Assembly (NCBI GenBank): GCA_036569285.1
Contig: DATCQX010001103.1
Span: forward strand, 19,528-83,527
Length of the DNA: 64,000 nucleotides
Direction of reading: 5' to 3'
Source of the DNA: Streptomyces sp.
GTDB lineage: Bacteria > Actinomycetota > Actinomycetes > Streptomycetales > Streptomycetaceae
This document shows positions 28,708 through 38,300 of the stretch, piece after piece. Position 1 is the first letter of the stretch. Each line of letters begins with the position of its first letter. The notes beneath the pieces were generated by a model that ran no database searches, was not told where the DNA came from, and saw only the letters and a program-made list of their open reading frames with translations. Position numbers and translations under genes: made by a program.

Positions 28708-30747
28708 GTGTCAGCAGACCACGGTGACGAAGCCGAACTCTTTGCGCGCGTGGATGAGCTCCTCGCCGACCTCTCGGCGCAACGCATCCCCCTGCCCCCG
28801 CCCCACGAACGGGCACAGCTGCGCAAGGCCGCCGGTCTGTCCACAGACCAGATAGCCGATGCGCTGGGCTGCCCGGCCGAGGACATCGCAGCCTGGGAAG
28901 CCGGAACCCAGGAACCGCTCGCCGCGCGCCGCGCCGCCTACGCGCGCCTCCTTCAGGGCCTCAAAACCCTGCAGAGGCCAGAACACCAGGGCACGCCGCC
29001 CCTTCAAGAGCCGACTCCCGCACCACCCCCAAGAGCCGGCAAGAAGGCCGAGCAGCCGTCCCTCTTTCCCGACACCACCCCCACGGCATCCACATCGCGC
29101 AGCCGGACCGCTCCCTCGCATCCCGTCAAGCCCACCGGACCGCTGGCCGTCATCGACCACGACGCCACCCTGACCGCCCACTTCACCAATGGCTCCCAAC
29201 TGCCGCTGGACGCCGCCGACCTCGTCTCTCTGCTCCAATGGACGCTGCGCAGCGGCCTGCGCCGGGACAAGCTGTCCACACAAGGCCGCGACAGCGACTG
29301 TGACCCGCTCATCGTCCTGACACCCGCGGCCAGTGCAGCCCTGCACCTCCCGGCCGCCCTCGACGACCGCGCCCGCGTGCGTCTTGCCGACTCCCACCCG
29401 GTCATCACCCAACTCCATCAGGCAGGCTTCAGCCTCACCCGCCGCGGATTCGGCCCCTGGCCCCGCGCCTTTCGGCCCGTCAGGAACAACAAGCGCGCCT
29501 GCGTCCAACTGGCCATCACCGCCTGGGGAGCCCTGTCTCAGGACGGCTGGAACCTTCCACCGCTGCCGCCGGCCGACCTCGCCCGTCTGCTGGGCACCTA
29601 CACCGACCGGCTGCTGACCCCCCGCGGCTCCACCGCCGTGTGCGGCGAGGAACTCATGACCGCACTGCGGCCGCCGACCAGACCACACCGCGCCCCTGAC
29701 AGCGACACCTGGAGCTCAGCGCCCAACCCCCGCGGCCTGCACACGGCCCTGGAACCTGCGCCGCCCGAGGCCCCCGACGCCCACCCGCTCGCCCGGGGCC
29801 GCCTGCCCGAGCAGGCCATGGAGGAGGAAGCCTGGGACTGGAGCCGCCCGCCCAGCCAACAAGAGACCGCCGAATTCCCCCACGTCGTCGGGCTCGACAT
29901 CAACCTCGCCTTCGCAGCCGCCTCCTCCGGCCTGCCGGTCGGTCTCAACTCCCCGCCCCGCCACGTCCTCGCGCCCACCTTCGACAAGAAGATCCCCGGT
30001 GCGTGGTTCTGCGACCTCACCCACGCCACACTGGACCCGCGTCTGCCCTCACCCTTCACCGCCACCGGACACGCCCCGACCGGACCGGCGTGGTACACCA
30101 CGCCCACCCTGGATTACGCCCAGGAACTGGGAATCGAGGTCCGGCCGACCGAGGCATACCTGCGCGATGATCACGGCCCCTACCTCACCCCCTGGTACGA
30201 ACGGATCCGCAACGCCTACCTCGCCACCATGGCCGACCTCGGAGTGCACGAGAAAATCCCCCAGGCCGACTACCTCGCCGCCATGCAGAGGCTCGCCACG
30301 GCTGACCCCGCCCTGCTCGCCCTGCTCGCGGCCATCAAAGCCACCGCCAAAGGCGGACTGGGTAAACTCCGTGAAGGACCACGCGAAATCACCGCCCCTT
30401 ACACACGCTGGCCCGCCCTGAACAAACCCACCTGGCGCCCCGATATCCGTGCCGCCGTCGTCTCCCGCGCCCGCGTCACCCTGCACCGCAAAATGCGCAA
30501 GATGGCCGAGGAAACAGGCCGCTACCCGCTCGCCGTTCTCGCCGACTGCGCTCTCTACCCGGCCCATGTGCCCACCGCCCTCGACGTCGCCCCGCCGGGA
30601 CCCGAACAGCAAGGTGTGCCCGGACTCCTGCGCCTGGGCGTCAACCCCGGCTGGGCCAAGGAAGAAGGAACCCAGTCCATGAGCTGGTACCAGCAACAGC
30701 ACGCCCAGGGCATCAGCCCCGCCCGCTACATCAAAGACTCTGCCTGA
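28708..30747 (+). CDS. tap: Telomere-associated protein Tap (HTH + polymerase-like domain)
   Basis: ELFARVDELL..LPPPHERAQLR..GLS HTH. GFGPW.R, TPRGSTAVCG, GLDINLAFAAA, WRPDIRAAV and PLAVLADC motifs. Confidence 0.9.
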   Translation: MSADHGDEAELFARVDELLADLSAQRIPLPPPHERAQLRKAAGLSTDQIADALGCPAEDIAAWEAGTQEPLAARRAAYARLLQGLKTLQRPEHQGTPPLQEPTPAPPPRAGKKAEQPSLFPDTTPTASTSRSRTAPSHPVKPTGPLAVIDHDATLTAHFTNGSQLPLDAADLVSLLQWTLRSGLRRDKLSTQGRDSDCDPLIVLTPAASAALHLPAALDDRARVRLADSHPVITQLHQAGFSLTRRGFGPWPRAFRPVRNNKRACVQLAITAWGALSQDGWNLPPLPPADLARLLGTYTDRLLTPRGSTAVCGEELMTALRPPTRPHRAPDSDTWSSAPNPRGLHTALEPAPPEAPDAHPLARGRLPEQAMEEEAWDWSRPPSQQETAEFPHVVGLDINLAFAAASSGLPVGLNSPPRHVLAPTFDKKIPGAWFCDLTHATLDPRLPSPFTATGHAPTGPAWYTTPTLDYAQELGIEVRPTEAYLRDDHGPYLTPWYERIRNAYLATMADLGVHEKIPQADYLAAMQRLATADPALLALLAAIKATAKGGLGKLREGPREITAPYTRWPALNKPTWRPDIRAAVVSRARVTLHRKMRKMAEETGRYPLAVLADCALYPAHVPTALDVAPPGPEQQGVPGLLRLGVNPGWAKEEGTQSMSWYQQQHAQGISPARYIKDSA

Positions 30748-30789
30748 GCAACGGCCACCTCTGTCACCGCGCGCGACACGCGTGCAATC

Positions 30790-31833
30790 TCACTGCCACA
30801 GCGGCACGTTCGTCATCGGCGAGCCGAGCCGCCACGGAAGACACGACGCCTGCTCCAACGGACCGTTCGAGGGAATCACCCGATGCGGCTCCATCAACGC
30901 AAGCGGCACACTGCGCGCCACCGCCCGCCCCTCCTGCCGCGCCAGCCGCTCGACCACCGGCACCGTATTGCGGTGCGCCATCAGCCACGCCTCCAACGCC
31001 CGATGACCGCCCTCGGCCATCTCTCCTGCCATGCCGAGGCGTTCACCGACCCACGCCACCCACCGCCCCGTCGTCCACCCGGCGGGGCCTCCGGCGAAGC
31101 TGCGCCTCATCGCGCGCTGCCGCTCCCGCACCGCCATTGCCTCCGCCACGATCACGGCCTCCGGGTACACCACCAGCGGCACCGCCCACAACGCCGACCG
31201 GTCCACCCCCAGCACGTCCTGCCGCCTGCGCCACACCCCGCGCGCCCCCATCTGCCGACACTGCCACCAGTAGACGGCCACCTGCTGCGCATCCGCCATC
31301 AACGCCCGCGCATACAAGCCCGTCCTGCGTTGCAGCCGCACCCTGCGCACATGCGCGTCCACCACGTCCGGCAGCTCCGACAGCCCCACCTGGAAACGGC
31401 CCCCGGCCGTCCCCGTCCACCGGCCATGCCGTGTGCAGACCGCCCACTGCTCACCGCTGACGCGCCACACCGGCCGCCCGCCGTGCCCCGCCACACACAA
31501 TGCGCACGCTTGCACCGGTGCCTGATCGAGCGGCCACGCCTCGATCTGCACCTGACGACGCGCCCGCGCGCTGATACGGCCATCCGCCCACGACGGCAGC
31601 GCCAGCTCCAACTGCCCCACCGAGCGCCCGCTGACCTGCGCCAGACGCTGCTGCGCCACCGGGCCCAGCCGCACCTCCTCAACCTGGGGATCCGCCTGCC
31701 CGATCGTGCGGGGTCCGCCGATATGCCGGGCCAACTCCTCGAAAGCCATTCCGTTTCGCTCTGCCAGCCGCCACAGATACGAGGCGAGCGTCTCGCCGTG
31801 AATCGGCACCACCCGCCGCGGCAGTGCGGCCAT
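30790..31833 (-). CDS. tniQ: TniQ/TnsD-family target selector (copy 2)
   Basis: LPRRVVPIHGETLASYLWRLAERNG, CALC, W.VCTRHGRW and LVVYPEAV. Paralogous along its length to copy 1. Confidence 0.82.
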   Translation of the reverse strand: MAALPRRVVPIHGETLASYLWRLAERNGMAFEELARHIGGPRTIGQADPQVEEVRLGPVAQQRLAQVSGRSVGQLELALPSWADGRISARARRQVQIEAWPLDQAPVQACALCVAGHGGRPVWRVSGEQWAVCTRHGRWTGTAGGRFQVGLSELPDVVDAHVRRVRLQRRTGLYARALMADAQQVAVYWWQCRQMGARGVWRRRQDVLGVDRSALWAVPLVVYPEAVIVAEAMAVRERQRAMRRSFAGGPAGWTTGRWVAWVGERLGMAGEMAEGGHRALEAWLMAHRNTVPVVERLARQEGRAVARSVPLALMEPHRVIPSNGPLEQASCLPWRLGSPMTNVPLWQ

Positions 31834-31911
31834 GGGCTCACTTATCAGCATCCGCCGATCCTTCCAGCCCCTTCACCGCGGACCTCACCCGCCCGAAAGG
31901 AAGCCACGCCC

Positions 31912-32496
31912 ATGCCGCTGCCCCTGCGCCTGAGCGCCGTCACCGTTCAAGAGGCTCTCGACCGTGCCGACGCACGCCACTGGACCCGCAACCCGCCCCG
32001 TTCGCCCCGGGCCCGGCTGGCCTTTCTGCTGCGGCAGGCGGGCTGCAACCAGACCGCACTCGCGGCACGACTCGGCGTGCCAGTCCGCGACCTCGACAGC
32101 CTTCGCACGGTGCGCCGGCCGTCCGAGGAGGACCCCGTGCAGCAAGCCGTGGAACGGGACATCATCCGCCTGTGGCAGCCCCGCATCCGCCGACGTGCCC
32201 ACACCGCCATCCTGCACAACAACGGCCAGATGATGGTCAGTTTCAGAGCCTGGCTGGGCTTCACCGCAGCAGCCGGATCCAGCGACGACCCCCGCCTGCG
32301 CTTCCTCACTCTCAGCCTGCAGGCCCCCTACATCGAACACCTCTTTGCCGCACGACACCGCAACGCTCCTGAGGACGAGCTGCGCCGCATCCTCAGCGAC
32401 GCCCTGGGCGCCTGCTACTTCCACCGCACCAGACCCGCCCACACTGCAGAGACGGTCACCCTCGACCGCATCGACTACCTCGAGTTCTACTACTGA
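31912..32496 (+). CDS. tpg: Terminal protein Tpg
   Basis: GAAAGGAAG RBS. 194 aa with ALDRA..TR.PP.S..ARLAFL, WQPRIRRRA, RAWLGFTAAAGSSDDPRLRFLT and C-terminal IDYLEF. Confidence 0.85.
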   Translation: MPLPLRLSAVTVQEALDRADARHWTRNPPRSPRARLAFLLRQAGCNQTALAARLGVPVRDLDSLRTVRRPSEEDPVQQAVERDIIRLWQPRIRRRAHTAILHNNGQMMVSFRAWLGFTAAAGSSDDPRLRFLTLSLQAPYIEHLFAARHRNAPEDELRRILSDALGACYFHRTRPAHTAETVTLDRIDYLEFYY

Positions 32497-32865
32497 CCGC
32501 GCAGACGGCGCCCGTACCCGCGGACACGCCCTGCGTCCGGTCGCTGGAACAAGGGCGGCATGCCAGGAGCGCGCATTTCGTACTGGCCATGCAGAGCCCG
32601 CGCCCACGGATTGAGCCGAGGCGCCGCGCCCCCGCGGCGAGGGCGAGAGCAGAACCCATGGCCGCGGCAGTGGCAGAAATCTGCGCAGACAACCACATCC
32701 CAGCCAACCGGACAGGCGTTTGTGCCGCGCGCCTCGCAAACCCCGTGTCCGAACTGCTGAGCTCAGGGCCGTAAGGGCGGCCGCCTTTGTCGTTCTTTGC
32801 CGCCGGGAGCATGCCGGAGCAAGGATGAGGGCTGGTTGAACGATGCCACCAGCTGGGAGGACCGT

Positions 32866-33075
32866 ATGCGGTGGACGACTGAGGAACAGACCGCCATCCG
32901 CGAGCACGCGGCCATGCTGGGCATTTCGACGCAGGATTACATCCGCCAATCCGCCGCCAGCCGAGCTCTGGACTGGCAGCCGCAACGGGACGCATTCCGC
33001 GAAATGGCCCGACGGCGCGGTACGAGTGTCGAGGAAATCCTTCAGCAGGGCATGCTCACGGACGACACAGCCTGA
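32866..33075 (+). CDS. Small ribbon-helix-helix-like protein
   Basis: GGGAGG RBS. MRWTTEEQTAIREHAAMLGISTQDYIRQSA is an RHH-type pattern. Confidence 0.65.
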   Translation: MRWTTEEQTAIREHAAMLGISTQDYIRQSAASRALDWQPQRDAFREMARRRGTSVEEILQQGMLTDDTA

Positions 33076-33303
33076 CTGCTGCCCCGCAGAAGAGTGGCGC
33101 CGCCAAGACGAATGGCTGGTTCGCACCGCGCGCACTACCACAGAAAAGGGTACCCATGTTCTATTTAGGGGAAGCTGTGACGGCCTGCGGTGACGGATGG
33201 TTGGATGCCGATGTCTGGCGGCCCGATGGCTCGTTGGACACGCCACAGGCTGCACGACCAGGCCGGCGGGCGGCCGTGACCGCAGGGGATGGGGAGCCGA
33301 CGG

Positions 33304-34059
33304 GTGAGTGACCGCAGTTCGATCGAGTGGACCGAGGCGACGTGGAATCCCACGACCGGCTGCGACCGGGTCTCGGACGGATGCGACAACTGCTACGCCC
33401 TGACGCTGGCGAAGCGGCTCAAGGCCATGGGGTCGGCGAAGTACCAGAACGACGGCGATCCCCGCACCTCCGGCCCCGGCTTCGGCCTGACCGTGCACCC
33501 GGACGCGCTGCGGGTGCCACTGGGCTGGAAGGCGCCGCGCACGGTGTTCGTGAACTCGATGTCGGACCTCTTCCACGCCCGCGTCCCGCTGGACTACGTC
33601 GAGCAGGTCTTCGACGTCATCGCGCAGACCCCGCAGCACACGTATCAGGTGCTCACGAAGCGGGCGCGCCGGCTGCGGCAGGTCGCCGACCGGCTTGAGT
33701 GGCCGGCCAACCTGTGGATGGGGGTGTCCGTGGAGAGCGCGAAGGAACTGCCGCGTGTTGAGGACCTGCGGCAGGTTCCGGCCGCGGTGCGGTTCCTGTC
33801 GTGCGAGCCGCTACTCGGGCCTTTGGACGGGCTGGACCTGACGGGCATTCACTGGGTGATCGCCGGAGGCGAGTCCGGCCCCCGCTTCCGCCCCATGGAG
33901 CAGGAGTGGGTCACGGGGATCCGGGACGCCTGCCTGCAGGCCGACGTGGCCTTCTTCTTCAAACAGTGGGGCGGCCGGACCCCGAAGGCATCCGGCCGGC
34001 ACCTTCAGGGCCGCACCTGGGACCAGAAGCCTATGCCCGAACCTGTGCCTGCAGGCTGA
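33304..34059 (+). CDS. DUF5131 (phage Gp37/Gp68-like) three-Cys radical-SAM-like protein
   Basis: SSIEWTEATWNPTTGCDRVSDGCDNCYA, VFVNSMSDLFH, RFLSCEPLLG, GGESG and FFFKQWGG. Confidence 0.92.
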   Translation: MSDRSSIEWTEATWNPTTGCDRVSDGCDNCYALTLAKRLKAMGSAKYQNDGDPRTSGPGFGLTVHPDALRVPLGWKAPRTVFVNSMSDLFHARVPLDYVEQVFDVIAQTPQHTYQVLTKRARRLRQVADRLEWPANLWMGVSVESAKELPRVEDLRQVPAAVRFLSCEPLLGPLDGLDLTGIHWVIAGGESGPRFRPMEQEWVTGIRDACLQADVAFFFKQWGGRTPKASGRHLQGRTWDQKPMPEPVPAG

Positions 34060-35152
34060 TCCGGCTTTTCGTCGTGAGCTTGCCCGGCGACTGGACGGCG
34101 ATCGCGCCGTCCTGCCGCATCTGCCGGGCCGCCTGCAAGGCATGCTTCGGCATCCAGCGGGCGGTCTCCGTCAGCAGCCACTCGCCGATCGCCTCCACGG
34201 TGGTGGCCCCGGCGCTCAGACGCTGGGCGACCAGTTCGGCCAGCTCGTCGTCGGTCAGACCCGCGGCCTGGAACAGGTCGAGCTGGCCGTCTGCTTTCGC
34301 ACCTCGGGTGCGGGGGTCGCGAAAGCTCTCGCCGTCGAGGTCGTCGACCTTCCACATGGCGTCCTTCATTGCCTTCAGGCCCGCGGTGCTGCCGGTGCCG
34401 AAGACGAGGTAGAGGGGCTGCCCGGTGCGGGGGACGAGTTCGAACTGCAGCTGGTAGCCGAAGCCGGCCCGCCGCAGCGCGTCCCGGTAGGTGCGCAGCC
34501 ACACGCGCCACTTCTCGTCCGGTCCCAGCTCGTCGGCGGCCGCGGTCCAAAAGCCGCGGCCGCCGAAGACCGTGTCGAGGATGTCGGCGTTGAGCTCCTC
34601 GCGGCGGCTGAACCAGTTGGGTCCGAAGGTGGTGATGACTTCGCTGGAGCGGTTGCGTGCGATGCGGGACATCACGTGCAACGGCACATTGACGCTGCCC
34701 CAGCTGTCGAAGATCCCCAGGATCGGGTGGCCCCAGGCTCCGAGCTCGTCGAGAACTGCGAGGCTGTCGCGGCCCGCTTCACCGCGCCGGACCTCCACCC
34801 GTACCGGCAGATCGTTGAGCGGCCCGAAGCGGGAGACGAGTTCCGCCACGAGGTGCTCGTGGCGCGCGCGGTCCTTCTCGATGAATATCAGATGCACCCG
34901 CCTGGGGCTGAGGTGCATGCGGTCGACCGCGTGATGAGCGAGCAGGCGGTCCAGGATGAACACCGGCGAGCCCGGCTCGCCGTCCTCGTAGCGGCCCGGG
35001 CCGGCGAACGCGTCCAGGAGGGTGACCCGGGGCCGTGCGTAGCCGGTGCTCTGGGAGGTCTGCAGCAGGATCGGCCACCAGGCGTCCAGGTATCGCTGGT
35101 ACAACCGGTGCTTGGCCGCGGTCGCCGGCTCCAGCTTCCATAAGACGCCCAT
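34031..35152 (-). CDS. tcmP: Three-Cys-motif partner protein TcmP (methyltransferase-like fold)
   Basis: W....T..KH..Y..YL.AW, LLDAFAGPG, YLVFGT...GL.AMKDAMWKVD and QLDLF. Adjacent to DUF5131. Confidence 0.85.
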   Translation of the reverse strand: MGVLWKLEPATAAKHRLYQRYLDAWWPILLQTSQSTGYARPRVTLLDAFAGPGRYEDGEPGSPVFILDRLLAHHAVDRMHLSPRRVHLIFIEKDRARHEHLVAELVSRFGPLNDLPVRVEVRRGEAGRDSLAVLDELGAWGHPILGIFDSWGSVNVPLHVMSRIARNRSSEVITTFGPNWFSRREELNADILDTVFGGRGFWTAAADELGPDEKWRVWLRTYRDALRRAGFGYQLQFELVPRTGQPLYLVFGTGSTAGLKAMKDAMWKVDDLDGESFRDPRTRGAKADGQLDLFQAAGLTDDELAELVAQRLSAGATTVEAIGEWLLTETARWMPKHALQAARQMRQDGAIAVQSPGKLTTKSRISLQAQVRA

Positions 35153-35551
35153 CCGTGCCCCCTGTTCAGGATCGCCACGGTCGGCGGCTGGCGCGTGCCA
35201 GTCGCATCCCCTGGTAACAGATGGTGTGCGCAACCACGTTCAGCGTAAAGACCGCGTATCAGCCGCTGGGGGAGCGGGCCGTCCAGCTGACGGAAGAGCG
35301 CCGGCCACAGGATCGGCCCCCTCCGGGAGAATGGCGCCCGGTGAGTCTTCCCGGAACCAGGCCGACGGGTCGGCCGCCTCGTCCCCATTCACTTACCCCC
35401 AGAAGACTTCGCTCCCGTCTGCGCGGTGATGACCTGACCGGCTGCCTCGTCCGCTTCCGCCATGGAGTCGACAGCAGGGAGGAGGCCTGGGGTTTATGGG
35501 CGGTATCCGGTCAGCGGTCTTTGACGGCCCCTTCAGGGCTCCGCTAATCTT

Positions 35552-35581
35552 CATGCCAAATCAGATATCAGAGTTTGCATG
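35552..35581. promoter_or_regulatory. 30-bp imperfect palindrome (putative operator)
   Basis: CATGCCAAATCAGAT|ATCAGAGTTTGCATG, with 12/15 arm symmetry, 11 bp upstream of the HTH gene ATG. Confidence 0.55.
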
Positions 35582-35592
35582 GGGTGGGTGGC

Positions 35593-36192
35593 ATGCTGCT
35601 GACGACCGGACAGGCGGCCGAGGAACTCGGCTGCGCCATCACCACCTTCCGACGCCTCGTGCACGCAGAGCTGCTGCCCGGGCTCTCCCGCCGCGGAGTG
35701 CGTGTCATGATTCCCCTCAAAGCCGTCCAAGCCCTCAGCGCACGCCAGCACGCACCTCTGCATCAGCTGGCCGCCCGGGAGGTTGCCGTTCTGCGCGTCG
35801 ATACCGCCCAGCCCGCCAGCGACTCAGACCGTGACTGGACCGGCTTCTCCGCCACCCTCACCCCGGACGCTCTGGTGAAGGCTTTGCGCGGCTGGTGGCG
35901 ATGCGATGCGGCAAGCGTCGCGGCCGGGGGAGTACTACCTGTCACCCTCTCCGGCTACGTAGTGGCCGTTCTGACCGGGCTCGAGCGGTGGGAGAAGAAC
36001 ACAGAGGGTCGTCACGCCTTCCCTGATGCCCGTCTGGCTGGATACGTCACCGATCTGGCCACCCCGCAAACAGTGATCACCTCCAGCCTGGATTGCGACC
36101 AGCGGCTCGCCGAGCTGCTGCTGAGTACCCGGCTTTCCTCCCAATCGGGCGGGGCCATCGCCTACGTCACCACCCACACCACCGCTGGCTGA
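35593..36192 (+). CDS. MerR/excisionase-type HTH DNA-binding protein
   Basis: MLLTTGQAAEELGCAITTFRRLV..LLPG N-terminal HTH_17-like motif. Confidence 0.7.
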   Translation: MLLTTGQAAEELGCAITTFRRLVHAELLPGLSRRGVRVMIPLKAVQALSARQHAPLHQLAAREVAVLRVDTAQPASDSDRDWTGFSATLTPDALVKALRGWWRCDAASVAAGGVLPVTLSGYVVAVLTGLERWEKNTEGRHAFPDARLAGYVTDLATPQTVITSSLDCDQRLAELLLSTRLSSQSGGAIAYVTTHTTAG

Positions 36193-36215
36193 ACGGCCCG
36201 GACAAGGAACGCCCG

Positions 36216-38300
36216 ATGGACGCACAGAGCTACAGCACCGCGCTTGCCGATCTGCGCACCGTGCGGGACCAGATCAAGAAAACCCGGGCCGTGCTGGCGA
36301 AGCTGGAAGCGGACCGGGACAAGCGAATTATCCAACTGGCCTCCTACGAGAAGGCGAAGGCGGAGCGGATCGCCCCGGCGGCGGGACTGGGCGTGGCCGA
36401 CGTCGTCACCCTCGTCCCGGCCCTGGCCCCCGACAGCCTTGCCGCGAACGACGACCCCCAGCCGCCGGAGCATAAGCCGTCCACGGTCCAGGCCGCTGTC
36501 GATTCCACACCGCCCCTGCCGCAGCACGCAGCAGCCCCCGCGATGGCTACTGCTTCTGCCCGTTCTGCTCCGCCCCCGGCCGAAGCCCCAGCATCCGAGC
36601 CGACTGCGGCTCCCGAGGCACCGCGGAATCTGCCCTCCATCCCCGCGGGCGGCGATGCCTGGTTCGCCCACACTTCCGGTCTGGCTTCCGCTCGGCCCAA
36701 CTTCACCCAGCAGGCCCGCTCTACCGTCTTCCTCGACACCACCACCGGCGTCCTGGTTCACCGCCAGCAGACCCACCACCTCGACCTTGGCAACCGGGCA
36801 GCTGCTGACATCCTCACCGCCGTCTTCCACACCATCCCCGAGGGTGTGGAGCGGATCTACATCACCGCTGGCGACCCCTGGCACCGCGACGCCGACCGCT
36901 ACCCCTACCTGCGTGACGCGGTCGCCGCCTGGCTGAACGCCCCCACCCCGGGCTGGCGCACCGACACCGGCCGCGGCCGCGACCGGATGGCCGGACACTT
37001 CGTCCACGCCCGTAACCCCGTCGGCCGCTACCAGCGCGACAACAGCGACAGCCACGTGGAGATCCGCTCGGTGGGGGAGTGGTTCGACGTCGACGGCGAC
37101 GATCCGCATATCGTCCGCGACGCGTTCGTCCTGCTGTGGCAGGCCCTGCGCCGTCACTGGAGCGACGCCGTCCTCATGGGTTCCCCCTCTCAGACCGGCC
37201 GCGATCTGTGGACGCGCACCATTCCCACGCGCGGCCAGCACGCCGACGGGTTCCCCGTACTGTCGGAGGAACTGCGCGGCCTGCTGCACGCCACAGCCGG
37301 CCAGGGCCGCAACGAACTGCTCACCCCGCCCCGGGTTCCCGAGCAACTGCCCCAGCTCGTCGAGTACGACCGCACCTTCGCCTACGCCAAGCACACCTGG
37401 AAATCCCCGGTCGGCACCCCCCGCCGCATCACCGCCGCCACCTTCGCCTCCTGGAGCGAGAGGGAACAGATGCGCGCCCTGTACGGGTGCGGGCACTGGC
37501 AGGTCCGCGTGACGGTCCCCGACACCTGGAATCACGTCGGCCTCCTCCCGGCTCCCGCCCCCGGAGACCGCGCCTGGCACTACCCGGCCGAAGGCGGCAC
37601 CAGCTTCACCACCTGGGCGGGCGGCCCTGAAATCCACACCGCGCTGGCCAACCCCATCCAGCCGTGGAAGATCGAAATCCTCGACGGCATCCTGTGGGAG
37701 GACGGCAAACCGCTGGACGACTGGGCCAAGAAGCTCAAAGAGACCTGGGCCAACCTCTCCGCCCAGGCCCACTTCCAGGGAAACCCCGAGCAGGCCCGCG
37801 CCGCCCACCTCGCCTCCCGCGCCGTGCGTTCCATCCTGCTGTACGGCATCGGCTCCTTTGCCCAGCGTCCCCGCATGGTCACCGGCACCACCCCCCGCAG
37901 CCTGGAGCGCGACGTGCCGTCGGACGCGGAAATCATCGGCTTCGACGACGAGTTGATCACCTGGCAGAAGCCCACCGGCTTCGCCCGTGACCCCAACGCC
38001 CACCCCGAATGGGCCGCCGCGATCTGGTCTGGCGCCCGCGCCGCCCTGCTCACCCAGCGCCACCGCGACGACGACACCTACGCCGGTGCCCTGCACACCC
38101 CGCCCGGCACGGTCGTCGCCTTCCGCACCGACGCCCTCTACCTCACCCAGCCCCACACCTGGCCCTATCACCACCAGCCCGGTGACTACCTCCTGCGCGG
38201 CCACCTCACCGGCCCCGTCACCGCCCCCACCACCGAAGAAGAACTCCTCACCCTGCGGGACGCCGGACGTGCGGCCCTCTCTTCTGAGCAGGAGGCCTGA
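36216..38300 (+). CDS. Atypical PolB/Tap-like polymerase (candidate Tac/GtpB-type telomere protein)
   Basis: AAGGA RBS. Motif A-like LVEYDRTFAYA, motif B-like RAVRSILLYGIG.F, HPEWAAAIW..AR and motif C-like FRTDALY. Same coiled/Pro-Ala linker layout as Tap. Confidence 0.6.
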   Translation: MDAQSYSTALADLRTVRDQIKKTRAVLAKLEADRDKRIIQLASYEKAKAERIAPAAGLGVADVVTLVPALAPDSLAANDDPQPPEHKPSTVQAAVDSTPPLPQHAAAPAMATASARSAPPPAEAPASEPTAAPEAPRNLPSIPAGGDAWFAHTSGLASARPNFTQQARSTVFLDTTTGVLVHRQQTHHLDLGNRAAADILTAVFHTIPEGVERIYITAGDPWHRDADRYPYLRDAVAAWLNAPTPGWRTDTGRGRDRMAGHFVHARNPVGRYQRDNSDSHVEIRSVGEWFDVDGDDPHIVRDAFVLLWQALRRHWSDAVLMGSPSQTGRDLWTRTIPTRGQHADGFPVLSEELRGLLHATAGQGRNELLTPPRVPEQLPQLVEYDRTFAYAKHTWKSPVGTPRRITAATFASWSEREQMRALYGCGHWQVRVTVPDTWNHVGLLPAPAPGDRAWHYPAEGGTSFTTWAGGPEIHTALANPIQPWKIEILDGILWEDGKPLDDWAKKLKETWANLSAQAHFQGNPEQARAAHLASRAVRSILLYGIGSFAQRPRMVTGTTPRSLERDVPSDAEIIGFDDELITWQKPTGFARDPNAHPEWAAAIWSGARAALLTQRHRDDDTYAGALHTPPGTVVAFRTDALYLTQPHTWPYHHQPGDYLLRGHLTGPVTAPTTEEELLTLRDAGRAALSSEQEA

